Assembly: GCA_942493285.1 (NCBI GenBank)
Contig: OW818691.1
Span: forward strand, 950,875-1,014,874
Direction of reading: 5' to 3'
DNA length: 64,000 bases
From: an uncultured Myxococcia bacterium
Lineage (GTDB): Bacteria; Myxococcota_A; UBA9042; PHBI01
Shown here: positions 31,804-41,749 of the stretch, piece after piece
How positions within the stretch are numbered: position 1 is the first letter of the stretch
How the letters are laid out: each line of letters starts with the position of its first letter
Position numbers and translations under genes: made by a program
The notes under the pieces: model-generated
What the model saw: only the letters and a program-made list of their open reading frames with translations
Database searches by the model: none
Told to the model about the DNA's origin: nothing

Positions 31804-33339
31804 ATGCGTTCGGTGCCTGCCCCGAGGCCTGGCGGGCCGGTTTTGTTGCCACCCAAGACGCGCCTCGCGATACTGGACGACGTGTTGCTTCTACCTCTGA
31901 CATGTGCGCTGGCGCTGAGCGGCGCGGCCGCGGGCGGGCCGGTGCCCGACGACGTGGTGCTGCCGCCGCTCGGCGACGTCATCCATACCGACCGGCTCGG
32001 GATCGCGATGCCGATCGAGAACCCGCCCGGCCAGAACGCGTTGCGCAACTTCCACCTGGCGCTTGTTCGGACGGCCCACCGGGAGGACGACCCGCAGACA
32101 CCGACGCGTGAAGACCAGGCGCGAATCGTGGTGTGGGGGGCGAGCCATGTCGCAGGCGACATGTTCACAGGTCTCGTGCGCAGCGAGCTGAAGTCGCGTT
32201 TCGGCGACGCAGGGCTGGGGCTGCTCGTGCCGGCCAAACCGTGGCGCGACTACTACAATCGTGACGCGAACATCAGCTACTCGGACAACTGGGACTCGAG
32301 CTGGGTGTCGCGCCGCAACAAGCGTGAGGACGGGCGCTACGGGCTCGCGGGGGTCGCGTTCTCGGCCGACAAACGCAGCGCCTGGGCGCGGGTGTCGACC
32401 GCCAAACAGAGCTCGCAGGGGCGCGAGATCGATAGGGTCGAGGTCTGGTATTGGCGCGATGAGCGCAGCGGGGACTTCATCGTCGAGATCGACAAGCGCT
32501 TCTCGAAACGTGTGAAGACGAAGGTCGACAAGCGAAAGAACGAGGCGCCCGGGTTCGCGGTGTGGAGCTACGACGTGAAGCTCGGGCGGCACGAGGTCGA
32601 GATCCGGCCGGCCGGCAACGGCAAGGTCACGTTCTTTGGCATCGTGCTGGACCGCAAGGGACCTGGCGTCGTGATGGATTCGCTCGGCATCAACGGCGCG
32701 CGCGCGACCGACCAACTCGATTGGGATGCAGGGCTGTTCACGCAGCAGCTGCAGCGGCGCGACCCCGACCTCATCGTCATGGCCTACGGGACCAACGACA
32801 TCGGCGACGACGAGCCGCCGAGCGAGTACGAACGTAAGCTGGACCTGGTGGTGAATCGGGTGCGGTCGGCCGCGCCCGACGCGAGCTGTCTGTTCGTCGG
32901 GCCGTCCGATCGGCCGGTGAAGGTCGAGGTCGACGATGAAGAGTACCTGGAGGCGCTGACCTCGGCAGGGCTGCCGGCGACCCTCATCGACGACGCGCCG
33001 AGCCGGAAGAAGAAGAAGCTCCTGTTCTCGCGTCGCCCGCGCCAGCAGCAGATCATCGATGTGCAGAAGAAGGTCTCGTGGCGCTATGGCTGCGGCTACT
33101 GGAACTGGGCGGGTGCCATGGGCGGCGACCTGTCGATGTTGAAGTGGGTTCATGCGGATGCGCCGCTCGGGGCGCCGGACTATGTGCACCTGACCAAGCT
33201 CGGCTACGAGCGTATCGGCCAGCTCTTCTGGGATGCGCTGATGGGCCCCTTCGAAGGGGGTGTGCCGACGCTGAAGCCCGGCGGCGGGCCGACGTTCCGT
33301 GTGCCCGGACGCGGTCGACCGGATAGCCGCACGCCCTGA
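31804..33339 (+). CDS. SGNH/GDSL hydrolase family protein (PatB/Ape-like two-domain type)
   Basis: Blocks WGASH, GINGAR, YGTND, DYVH; hydrophobic N-terminal segment. Start moved to ATG 31804. Confidence 0.8.
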   Translation: MRSVPAPRPGGPVLLPPKTRLAILDDVLLLPLTCALALSGAAAGGPVPDDVVLPPLGDVIHTDRLGIAMPIENPPGQNALRNFHLALVRTAHREDDPQTPTREDQARIVVWGASHVAGDMFTGLVRSELKSRFGDAGLGLLVPAKPWRDYYNRDANISYSDNWDSSWVSRRNKREDGRYGLAGVAFSADKRSAWARVSTAKQSSQGREIDRVEVWYWRDERSGDFIVEIDKRFSKRVKTKVDKRKNEAPGFAVWSYDVKLGRHEVEIRPAGNGKVTFFGIVLDRKGPGVVMDSLGINGARATDQLDWDAGLFTQQLQRRDPDLIVMAYGTNDIGDDEPPSEYERKLDLVVNRVRSAAPDASCLFVGPSDRPVKVEVDDEEYLEALTSAGLPATLIDDAPSRKKKKLLFSRRPRQQQIIDVQKKVSWRYGCGYWNWAGAMGGDLSMLKWVHADAPLGAPDYVHLTKLGYERIGQLFWDALMGPFEGGVPTLKPGGGPTFRVPGRGRPDSRTP

Positions 33340-33373
33340 AGCGGCGGGCGCCGGCGGCGACCTCAGCCCGGTC

Positions 33374-34851
<1,478 letters not shown>

Positions 34852-34855
<4 letters not shown>

Positions 34856-35034
34856 CGTTGCGCATCCAGTCTTTCGACCTCGGTGGCGGCCTTGTGCGCC
34901 TCCTCGCGCGCAGTCTCGATGGCCAGAGCCAGCATCGCCTTGTCGTCTCGAGCGAGCGCGATGCGGGCAACCTCGAGCTGCAGGATGACGCCGTTCAGGC
35001 GGCCGCGCAGGGCGTGTTTGGGGAGCTCGTTCAT
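34852..35034 (-). CDS. 60-aa stand-alone HisKA/DHp-like protein
   Basis: ATGA overlaps with both neighbours; KHALRGRLNGVILQLEVAR resembles an H-box helix and is followed by a second amphipathic helix. Confidence 0.75.
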
Positions 35035-36167
35035 GTGTCGGACCGTCGTTGAGCGCGAAAGGCGATGCGCTCGGCGATGAGGAGCTTGGCGGTGTCGAGC
35101 AGGCGGCCGGGCGAGACTGGTTTCTCGAAGATCGCGGCGACCTTGCGACTGAGGCTCGGCGGGTACTGGCCGGCTCCGAGCCCGCTTACCACGATCATTG
35201 GGACACGCGGATCGAGCGAGCTCATGCGGTCGATGTGGAGGCCGATTTTTTTGGCGTCGAGGTGGAGGTCGGTGACGACGAGGTCGGGCCTCAGCTCGTG
35301 GAAGGCCATGACGGCCTCATTGGTCGACGACACGCTCGTGACCTGGTGCCCACTCGCTTCAAAGAGGATGTGGAGCGCCTGGCGCGTCGCGTGGTCATCA
35401 TCGACGACGAGGACACGGGCGCCATGGTTCGTCGGGGTCAGCTCGAGGTCGGTCAACGGCCGTGCCTCTGCAATGGCTGCGACGTCTTCGTCGGCCAGAG
35501 TGGGCAATGCAAAGACCGCCACCGTACCCTGATTGCCGCTCTCGAGTCGGAGCGTCCCGCCGTGCGCCTCGACCGTGGAACGAGCGAGGTACAGGCCGAG
35601 CCCAGTTCCGGTTTGGCGTGTCGTGAAGAAGGGTTCGAAGACCCTGTCTACGAGGTCTGCGGCAATCCCAGGGCCGTCGTCGATGATGCGGATCTCGCCC
35701 GCAAGGTTCACGCTGATCGCGACGAATCGGGTCGCCGCATCGACGGCGTTGTGCAGCAGATTGATGGCGACCTGCTGCAGCTCGCCGGGGTTGCCCTCGA
35801 CCCACGGACCCGCGCTGGTATCCGACGATCCAAAGACGGCGCCGATTTCGATGCCTCGGTTCCGAGCCCTCACCAGGGCGACCTCCCGGGCCTCGCGGAC
35901 AAGGGCCGGCAGGCTGACCCTGGTCCTTTCCCGGCTCGGCGTCGGGCGCACCATGCTGCGGATACGCTCCACGACCTGGCTTGCGACCCGCGCCGTCTTG
36001 AGGATGGCTTCGGCGTGGACCAACAGGGCCGGGTCGCGGGTCTGCGCCCGAAGGAGGCCCGCGTGGCTCACGATGGCGGTCAATGCGTTGTCGAAGTCGT
36101 GGGCTACACCCGCCGCCATTCGGCCAAGCGCGTAGATGGTTTCATCCCCAGAATTCTCGGTTACCAA
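35031..36167 (-). CDS. Hybrid histidine kinase (DHp-CA-REC) with no apparent sensor domain
   Basis: AHDFDNALTAI H-box, QVAINLLHNAVDA N-box, DDGPGI, FFTT, GTGLGL; C-terminal receiver VVDDD...VTDLHL...EKP. Start inferred at TTG 36167 (AAGAGG upstream). Confidence 0.9.
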   Translation of the reverse strand: MVTENSGDETIYALGRMAAGVAHDFDNALTAIVSHAGLLRAQTRDPALLVHAEAILKTARVASQVVERIRSMVRPTPSRERTRVSLPALVREAREVALVRARNRGIEIGAVFGSSDTSAGPWVEGNPGELQQVAINLLHNAVDAATRFVAISVNLAGEIRIIDDGPGIAADLVDRVFEPFFTTRQTGTGLGLYLARSTVEAHGGTLRLESGNQGTVAVFALPTLADEDVAAIAEARPLTDLELTPTNHGARVLVVDDDHATRQALHILFEASGHQVTSVSSTNEAVMAFHELRPDLVVTDLHLDAKKIGLHIDRMSSLDPRVPMIVVSGLGAGQYPPSLSRKVAAIFEKPVSPGRLLDTAKLLIAERIAFRAQRRSDT

Positions 36168-36239
36168 GGGTTGCCTCTTTTGTGCGGTCCCAGGCTGTCC
36201 TGCTGCGTCAGCGTATTGCCTTTTCGTGGCCTGAGCCTC

Positions 36240-36248
36240 TAGACTATA
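36240..36248. promoter_or_regulatory. Overlapping back-to-back -10 hexamers (candidate bidirectional promoter)
   Basis: TAGACT on + (36240-36245), 7 nt before ATG 36253; TATAGT on - (36248-36243). Confidence 0.45.
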
Positions 36249-36252
36249 GGTC

Positions 36253-38079
36253 ATGGTGAACAGTTCTGAAACCCATGGGGGACGCGTAGTTGCCCCAACC
36301 ATCATCCCGCTCATCGGTGACCCCGACGAGCGGGTCGATGACCCGTCGGAACTCATCGGTTGCATTCTGGATGGTCGTTATCGGGTCGACTCGGTGGTCG
36401 GCGCAGGTGCCACATCAGTCGTCCTCGAGGCGCGTCATGTCATGCTCGGCCGGCGTGTCGCGCTCAAAGTGCTCCACCCATCGCTCGTCGGGCTACCAGA
36501 TGTGCGGGCCCGCTTCGAGCGTGAAGCGCGCGCAGCGAGCAGCTTGTCACATCCGAACATCGTTGCCGTAACTGACGCCCGTGTAAAGGAGGGTGGACTC
36601 CACTATATGGCGATGGAGCTGCTCGAGGGTGACGACCTCTGCACCTGGGCGGGCACCCAATCTCCCGTCTCGACGACGACCATCGCTTCGATCGGGGCGC
36701 AAGTCGCCGACGCGTTGACGGCGATGCATACAGCCGGGTTCGTCCACCGGGATCTCAAGCCGGAGAACATCATCGTCTTGCGGGACGCCGCCGCCGACGG
36801 CGATGTCCGAATCAAGCTCATCGACTTCGGCATCGTCGCGCACCTGGGCGCGGGTGACCACGGGCCTCGACTGACACGAAGCGACCTCACCCTGGGTACG
36901 GTCTTCTACATGTCTCCCGAACAGGCCGTGGGTGGGAGCGTCGATGGTCGCGCCGACATCTATGCGCTCGGCTGCATCCTCTGGGAATTGGCCACGGGGA
37001 GGCCGCTCTTTGGGGCGGGCACACCGACCGAGGTCCTGGTGCGTCAGATCGGCCAGGCGGCCGAGCCACCCTCGGCGTTGAATCCGGGGATTCCTGCCTG
37101 GCTCGACGCGGTCATCCTGAGATGCCTGGCGAAGAAGCCCGAGCAGCGTTTCCAGACATGCGACGAGCTCAGACTCGCCCTCACCCGAGAGCCCGCAGCA
37201 GCGACCGCCGAGAAGCCCAGACGTGTGTGGGTGCATTCGGCTATCGGCGCAGCTCTGGGCTTTGCTGCCGCGACCGTGCTGGCAATGACGGGCGGCATCG
37301 GCGTCACGGCAGGTGGTGATCCCGTCGCCGATGGTCACCCGCCTCCCGTCGCGGTCGCTGGGGCGCCACCTTCGAGTGGAGTGGAGCCCTCAGCCGGAAT
37401 TGCGGCGCTGCCAGGTCAGGTGCCAAGAACCCAGCCCTCAACGACCCACGATTCACGAGCCGAGCAGCCCCTCGGCGTAGGACCAGACCCCGGAGGCGCG
37501 CCTGACGCGAACGCCCAGGTGCGTCTTGTTTCGGAGCCGAGCCGCGGCGAGCCGAGTCCCGAGCCGACGGCTCAGGTCGAGGACGCGGCGACCGCGGCAC
37601 AGGCTTCGCCCCGGCCCACCTCCTTGGCAGCATCGGGTGCGTCGCGGTCTTTGACCAGGCAAGCGAAGCGGACGGCCGAGGGTCCGAAAACGACCGCGGC
37701 GGAAGCCGTGCCGCTCGAGGTCGAACCGCGGAGGGTCTCGCTGACGTTTGCCATCGAGCCGCGTGGCGCGACGGTGACCCGCAATGGGCAAGTGCTCGGA
37801 AAGACGCCGCTCACAATCGAGGTCGTCGCGTCCGAGACGCAGGTCACTTATGAGGTGAGCCACCCCGAACGTGTAGGCCTGCGTCTCGTTTATCCACACG
37901 AAGAGGACAGGCTCGTGTCGCGAACCCTGGATCGAATCGTCGCCGCCGAGCGGACCCCGCATCCGACGGAACACCCGACAGCGGGTATCGGGCGCCCGGG
38001 TACGGACGCGTCGGCGCCTCCCGAGCTGTGGCGGCCTCCGAAGCCCTCTTCCACGAGCCACGGCAAGACTTCGCCATGA
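36253..38079 (+). CDS. Ser/Thr protein kinase with TM segment and C-terminal PEGA domain
   Basis: VGAGATSVV, VALK, HRDLKPEN, DFG, GTVFYMSPEQ; TM AIGAALGFAAATVLAMTGG; PEGA IEPRGATVTRNGQVLGKTPL. Confidence 0.92.
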   Translation: MVNSSETHGGRVVAPTIIPLIGDPDERVDDPSELIGCILDGRYRVDSVVGAGATSVVLEARHVMLGRRVALKVLHPSLVGLPDVRARFEREARAASSLSHPNIVAVTDARVKEGGLHYMAMELLEGDDLCTWAGTQSPVSTTTIASIGAQVADALTAMHTAGFVHRDLKPENIIVLRDAAADGDVRIKLIDFGIVAHLGAGDHGPRLTRSDLTLGTVFYMSPEQAVGGSVDGRADIYALGCILWELATGRPLFGAGTPTEVLVRQIGQAAEPPSALNPGIPAWLDAVILRCLAKKPEQRFQTCDELRLALTREPAAATAEKPRRVWVHSAIGAALGFAAATVLAMTGGIGVTAGGDPVADGHPPPVAVAGAPPSSGVEPSAGIAALPGQVPRTQPSTTHDSRAEQPLGVGPDPGGAPDANAQVRLVSEPSRGEPSPEPTAQVEDAATAAQASPRPTSLAASGASRSLTRQAKRTAEGPKTTAAEAVPLEVEPRRVSLTFAIEPRGATVTRNGQVLGKTPLTIEVVASETQVTYEVSHPERVGLRLVYPHEEDRLVSRTLDRIVAAERTPHPTEHPTAGIGRPGTDASAPPELWRPPKPSSTSHGKTSP

Positions 38080-39005
38080 CACGTGATTTTCGGCCGTTGT
38101 TGCAGAGGCTCTGCGCGCTTCTGGTGGCTCTCGTCACGTCGACCTCTGGCCAGGTGTTGGCGTTGCCGTCGAATCCGGAGGCGGCTTATCTCCGGTACGA
38201 AGAGGGCGAAGCAGCGTTTGCAGAGAAGCGGTTCGACGACGCGGCCACTGCCTTCGGCGCCGCCTTCGAGCTCCATGCGGAGCCGGCCTACCTCTACAAC
38301 CAGGGCCTTGCCCTCGGATGGGCCGAGAAGCTCGCGGCGGCAATCGCCGTGTTCGAGGTCTTTCTTGTCAGGTTTGCGGCCGAGCCACGTGCGGCGGAGG
38401 TCTCCCGGCGGCTCAGCGAGCTGAAGAAGCGCCGCCAGGACGCGCGTGCGACCATCCTCGTCAACACCATCCCAGGCGGGGCGATGGTGCGCATCGCCGG
38501 GAGCGAGGACCTCACCTGTCAGAGCCCGTGCGAGCTCGAAGTCGACCCCGGTGTGGTCGCGCTCGAGGTGGAGCTCAACGGAAAGAAGCGGCGTGAGACA
38601 CGCGAGCTGAGTGCACGGGAGCGCTGGTCCGTCGGCTACGACTTGAGTCCGGCACCAGGGGCTGCGGCTTCGGCACACGTAGGGAGCTGGTTGTCTTTTG
38701 GAGTCGGAGCGACGGCGCTCGTAGTCGGGACGGTGTTCGCCATCGCGGCCCAGGGGAGTTACGACGAAGGCCATAGGCTGGCAGACGCGTCGCCCCTGGA
38801 CGGGGAGGACTATGGTCGCCTCTCCGACCTTCGAAAGGAGGTACGAACTCAGAGCCTGGTTGCCGATACCAGCTTCGGGATCGCATTGACGGGGGCTTTG
38901 TTGGGCGCTGTGTTATGGTTCCTCGACGATGATGCGGACGACCGGGGAGGGGTTCCCGGTGCCGCGTCGACTAGGCAGATCAACAAGGCCGCATTCCACT
39001 TCTGA
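38076..39005 (+). CDS. Secreted TPR + PEGA domain protein with hydrophobic C-terminus
   Basis: Signal peptide, TPR-like YEEGEAAFAEKRFDDAATAF...YLYNQG, PEGA VNTIPGGAMVRIAG; ATGA overlap with the kinase. Confidence 0.82.
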   Translation: MTRDFRPLLQRLCALLVALVTSTSGQVLALPSNPEAAYLRYEEGEAAFAEKRFDDAATAFGAAFELHAEPAYLYNQGLALGWAEKLAAAIAVFEVFLVRFAAEPRAAEVSRRLSELKKRRQDARATILVNTIPGGAMVRIAGSEDLTCQSPCELEVDPGVVALEVELNGKKRRETRELSARERWSVGYDLSPAPGAAASAHVGSWLSFGVGATALVVGTVFAIAAQGSYDEGHRLADASPLDGEDYGRLSDLRKEVRTQSLVADTSFGIALTGALLGAVLWFLDDDADDRGGVPGAASTRQINKAAFHF

Positions 39006-39039
39006 CGTCGGAACGCGGCTTGACGCGAAGGGTGTCGGG

Positions 39040-39915
39040 GTGGCTGATCACAGGGGCGCCATCAAGTGGGGGCGTGCGCTTGACCGCCTGCGGGTCTTCG
39101 TGGCGCTTGGACTATGGGCGACGAGCCTGCTCGGGGCGACGGGGTGCTCGTTGGTACTGGACCCGAACGAACTCGTCGCCGACCGGCGGGAGGGCGACGA
39201 CTCCGGGACCGATGACTCGGCGAGTGACCTGGTCGAAGACAGCGCTGGCGACGCGGCGGATGGTACGGCCCCGAGCGACGTCGATGCGACCGAGGGCGAT
39301 GGTCAGGCCGTGGATGTTGTGTCCGACGCCCACCTGGAAGACGGCTTCGACGCCGCGAGCGATGCCGCGGACTCTTCCGATTCCGTCGCGGATTCGGTCG
39401 AAGACGGCTCGCCTGATATCTCGGAAATCGAGGATTCTATCTACGTGGCCGATGTCCCCGCGGATACCTCCGAGGACGCTGACACCCAACTTCCCGATGG
39501 CGATGCAACGCCGACCGAGGTCGATAGCAGCGGTCCGCAGCTCGTCCTCCGACACTCCGGCGAGGACGGGTGCACCCTCGACTTCTACCGACAGAACCTG
39601 ACGAATTGTCCCAAGACCTGCGCCTGGAACCTCGTCTTCGACGCCTCCGAGAGTGTAGGGATCACCACCTTCCATTGGAGGATGTCGGTCAGCGGTGGCT
39701 ACACGATCACACCCGACGTCGCATCGGGTCCGATCGTGAACGTCGTCATCTCGACCCCCGCCTGTCTGCTCTTCCCCTTGAGCAACGTCATGCCCGCAAC
39801 CGTCACGGCCGAGCTCGCCATCGATGGTGGCACCTACAACGCCGTCGCCACCGTCGACTTCAGCGTGCGCACCGTCAACGAGTGCGCCCCCACGACGCTG
39901 TGCCCCCATCCCTGA
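39040..39915 (+). CDS. Lipoprotein with Asp-rich linker and C-terminal Cys-containing PKD/Ig-like domain
   Basis: Lipobox LGATGC; D-x-x periodic linker; FDASESVGITTFHW is PKD-like. Start uncertain. Confidence 0.65.
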   Translation: MADHRGAIKWGRALDRLRVFVALGLWATSLLGATGCSLVLDPNELVADRREGDDSGTDDSASDLVEDSAGDAADGTAPSDVDATEGDGQAVDVVSDAHLEDGFDAASDAADSSDSVADSVEDGSPDISEIEDSIYVADVPADTSEDADTQLPDGDATPTEVDSSGPQLVLRHSGEDGCTLDFYRQNLTNCPKTCAWNLVFDASESVGITTFHWRMSVSGGYTITPDVASGPIVNVVISTPACLLFPLSNVMPATVTAELAIDGGTYNAVATVDFSVRTVNECAPTTLCPHP

Positions 39916-39994
39916 GCAGCCGTGGCCCACGCGTCAGCATGAAATCCCTCGCTCGCTTGCCCCCCCTTCGACCGCCCTGGCGGTCGGGGGACGA

Positions 39995-41731
39995 TCATCG
40001 CATGGCCGTCAAAGAGACCGTGACGATGCGTGTGTCCGGCAGCGGGTCGAGCCGCAAAGCCTCTGGGCGATGGTCCGGGTGGACGAGCAGGACCGCCACC
40101 GGGGCATCGAGGTCGAGAGCGAGTGGTGTCTGACCGCGGAGTCGACCGTCAGCGAAGACGTTCGCCCCCTGGGGTTGTGACTGCAGGTAGACGCGTGGTG
40201 CGCGTGCCACACCGTCGGCGGTGACACTTGCGCGGGCCGGAGCTGCGGTCGGACGAATTGGGGCGGCTGGGTCGCCGGGCGTCGCGCTTGCCCTGTTGGC
40301 GGCGGCCGCGAGCGGCGGGACGTCGGCATATCGCTCTTGCGGTGGGGCGGGGTGGTGGTCCAAACGCGGCGTGATGCTTGCCGTGGGCTTCACGACCTCG
40401 GCGACGCGAGCTGAGACAACCCGTGGGGCTGGCGGGGCCTTCGTAATAGGCGTGGCTACGCTTGTGGCTCCGACGTTGGTAGCGGTGAGCGTGGCCGTCA
40501 TCGCCCCGGGGCTGGCTGTGGGCGCCGGAGCTTTCGGCGTCACGGCGACTGGTTCGGCTTCGGACCCAGAGGCGGGCGATGGTGCTTCGATGGGCGGCGA
40601 AGGTCGGGTGCTGGGAGCGACGCCTGCGACCCTGTCGGCCTTCGTGACGCTTGGGACGGTCGATGGGGGAGGAGGTGCCAGGGCAACGATCTGCTGCCCG
40701 TCGAGGTCGGACCCGAGGGGACCGAGGACCCCGACCAGCACGAGTCCGAGTGCAGCGCCCGCGAAGAAGGCGAGCCGGCTTCTGCGCCGGGCCGGACGCG
40801 GAGTCGTTGGGGCCGTCGTCGCGTTGGCCGGCCGCGCCGACGGGTACGTGGACAGGTTGGTCACGGCGGTTGGTGAAAGCGGCGCGACGCTGGGTGCCGG
40901 GACCACGGCGCCGGGTGTTGGGACCAGGCCCAGCGGAGGCTCAGCGCACACAACCTCCTCGGGTTTGTCGGTGACGACGAGGCGCGACGAGATGATGACC
41001 TTTGGAACAGGCTCGGCCGGGGCCTCGAGCCTCGGCGGAGACGGCCTGACTCCTTCGAAGGTGCCGCTGACGGCCATGTTCCGACCGTCTCCCACGAATA
41101 CGACCGCCGTCGGTGGGGCTTCTCGGACGACGCGTCGGCGGGATCGGCGACGCAGCTGACCTTCATCGACCAGCGGAAACGCGGGCATGGGCGGTGGCGG
41201 GAGGTGATCGAGCTCGGGCGGTGGAGCGGCCGTCTGCACTGCATCGGGCTCGTCGGGTGGCAGGGCAGGGGGGCTCGCCACATCCTCGACGGTCGCCCCG
41301 TACGGGTCGACGAACCACTCCAGGTCGGCCTCGTCCATCGTGTCCACTTCAGGAGTCGTCGTGGGCACGGTTGGTGCTGCTTCGAGAGTCGTCGTGGGCA
41401 CGGTTGGTGCTGCTTCGAGAGTCGTCGTGGGGACGGTTGGTGCTGCTTCGAGAGTCGTCGTGGGGACGGTCGGTGCCACTTCGAGCGTCGCAGTGGGCAC
41501 GGTCGTCGCCACATCGAGAGTCGCAGTGGGCACGGTCGGTGCTGCTTCGAGAGTCGTCGTGGGTACGGTCGTCGCCACTTCGAGAGTCGCAGTGGACACG
41601 TTCGGTGTCACTTCGAGGGTCGTCGTGGGCACGGTCGTTCGTTCCGCCCGGGCATCCGGAGAGGCTTCGGGTGCCAGGCTCGGCACGGCCTGGACGGCGG
41701 TCCTGGGCTTTCGTTTGCGCTTCGTGGTCAT
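39995..41731 (-). CDS. Single-pass membrane protein with N-terminal Thr-rich 11-aa repeats and C-terminal PEGA domain
   Basis: GGAGG SD; TM LAFFAGAALGLVLVGVLG; PEGA LQSQPQGANVFADGRLRGQTPL. Confidence 0.8.
   Translation of the reverse strand: MTTKRKRKPRTAVQAVPSLAPEASPDARAERTTVPTTTLEVTPNVSTATLEVATTVPTTTLEAAPTVPTATLDVATTVPTATLEVAPTVPTTTLEAAPTVPTTTLEAAPTVPTTTLEAAPTVPTTTPEVDTMDEADLEWFVDPYGATVEDVASPPALPPDEPDAVQTAAPPPELDHLPPPPMPAFPLVDEGQLRRRSRRRVVREAPPTAVVFVGDGRNMAVSGTFEGVRPSPPRLEAPAEPVPKVIISSRLVVTDKPEEVVCAEPPLGLVPTPGAVVPAPSVAPLSPTAVTNLSTYPSARPANATTAPTTPRPARRRSRLAFFAGAALGLVLVGVLGPLGSDLDGQQIVALAPPPPSTVPSVTKADRVAGVAPSTRPSPPIEAPSPASGSEAEPVAVTPKAPAPTASPGAMTATLTATNVGATSVATPITKAPPAPRVVSARVAEVVKPTASITPRLDHHPAPPQERYADVPPLAAAANRASATPGDPAAPIRPTAAPARASVTADGVARAPRVYLQSQPQGANVFADGRLRGQTPLALDLDAPVAVLLVHPDHRPEALRLDPLPDTRIVTVSLTAMR
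41345..41635. repeat. About 9 tandem 33-bp repeats encoding TVPT(T/A)TLE(A/V)A(P/T)
   Basis: gtcgtcgtgggcacggttggtgctgcttcgaga and close variants, head to tail without spacers. Confidence 0.9.
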
Positions 41732-41749
41732 GTCACACCTCCCCTGGGC

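Noticed and set aside
36252-36255. Head-to-head overlapping ATG starts at the CATG palindrome for the two divergent kinases
   Set aside because: It would leave no promoter space; a TTG at 36167 with an AAGAGG SD is a better start for the histidine kinase.
41345-41635. 33-bp repeats as a CRISPR array
   Set aside because: Head-to-tail with no unique spacers, in frame within a CDS, and no cas genes.
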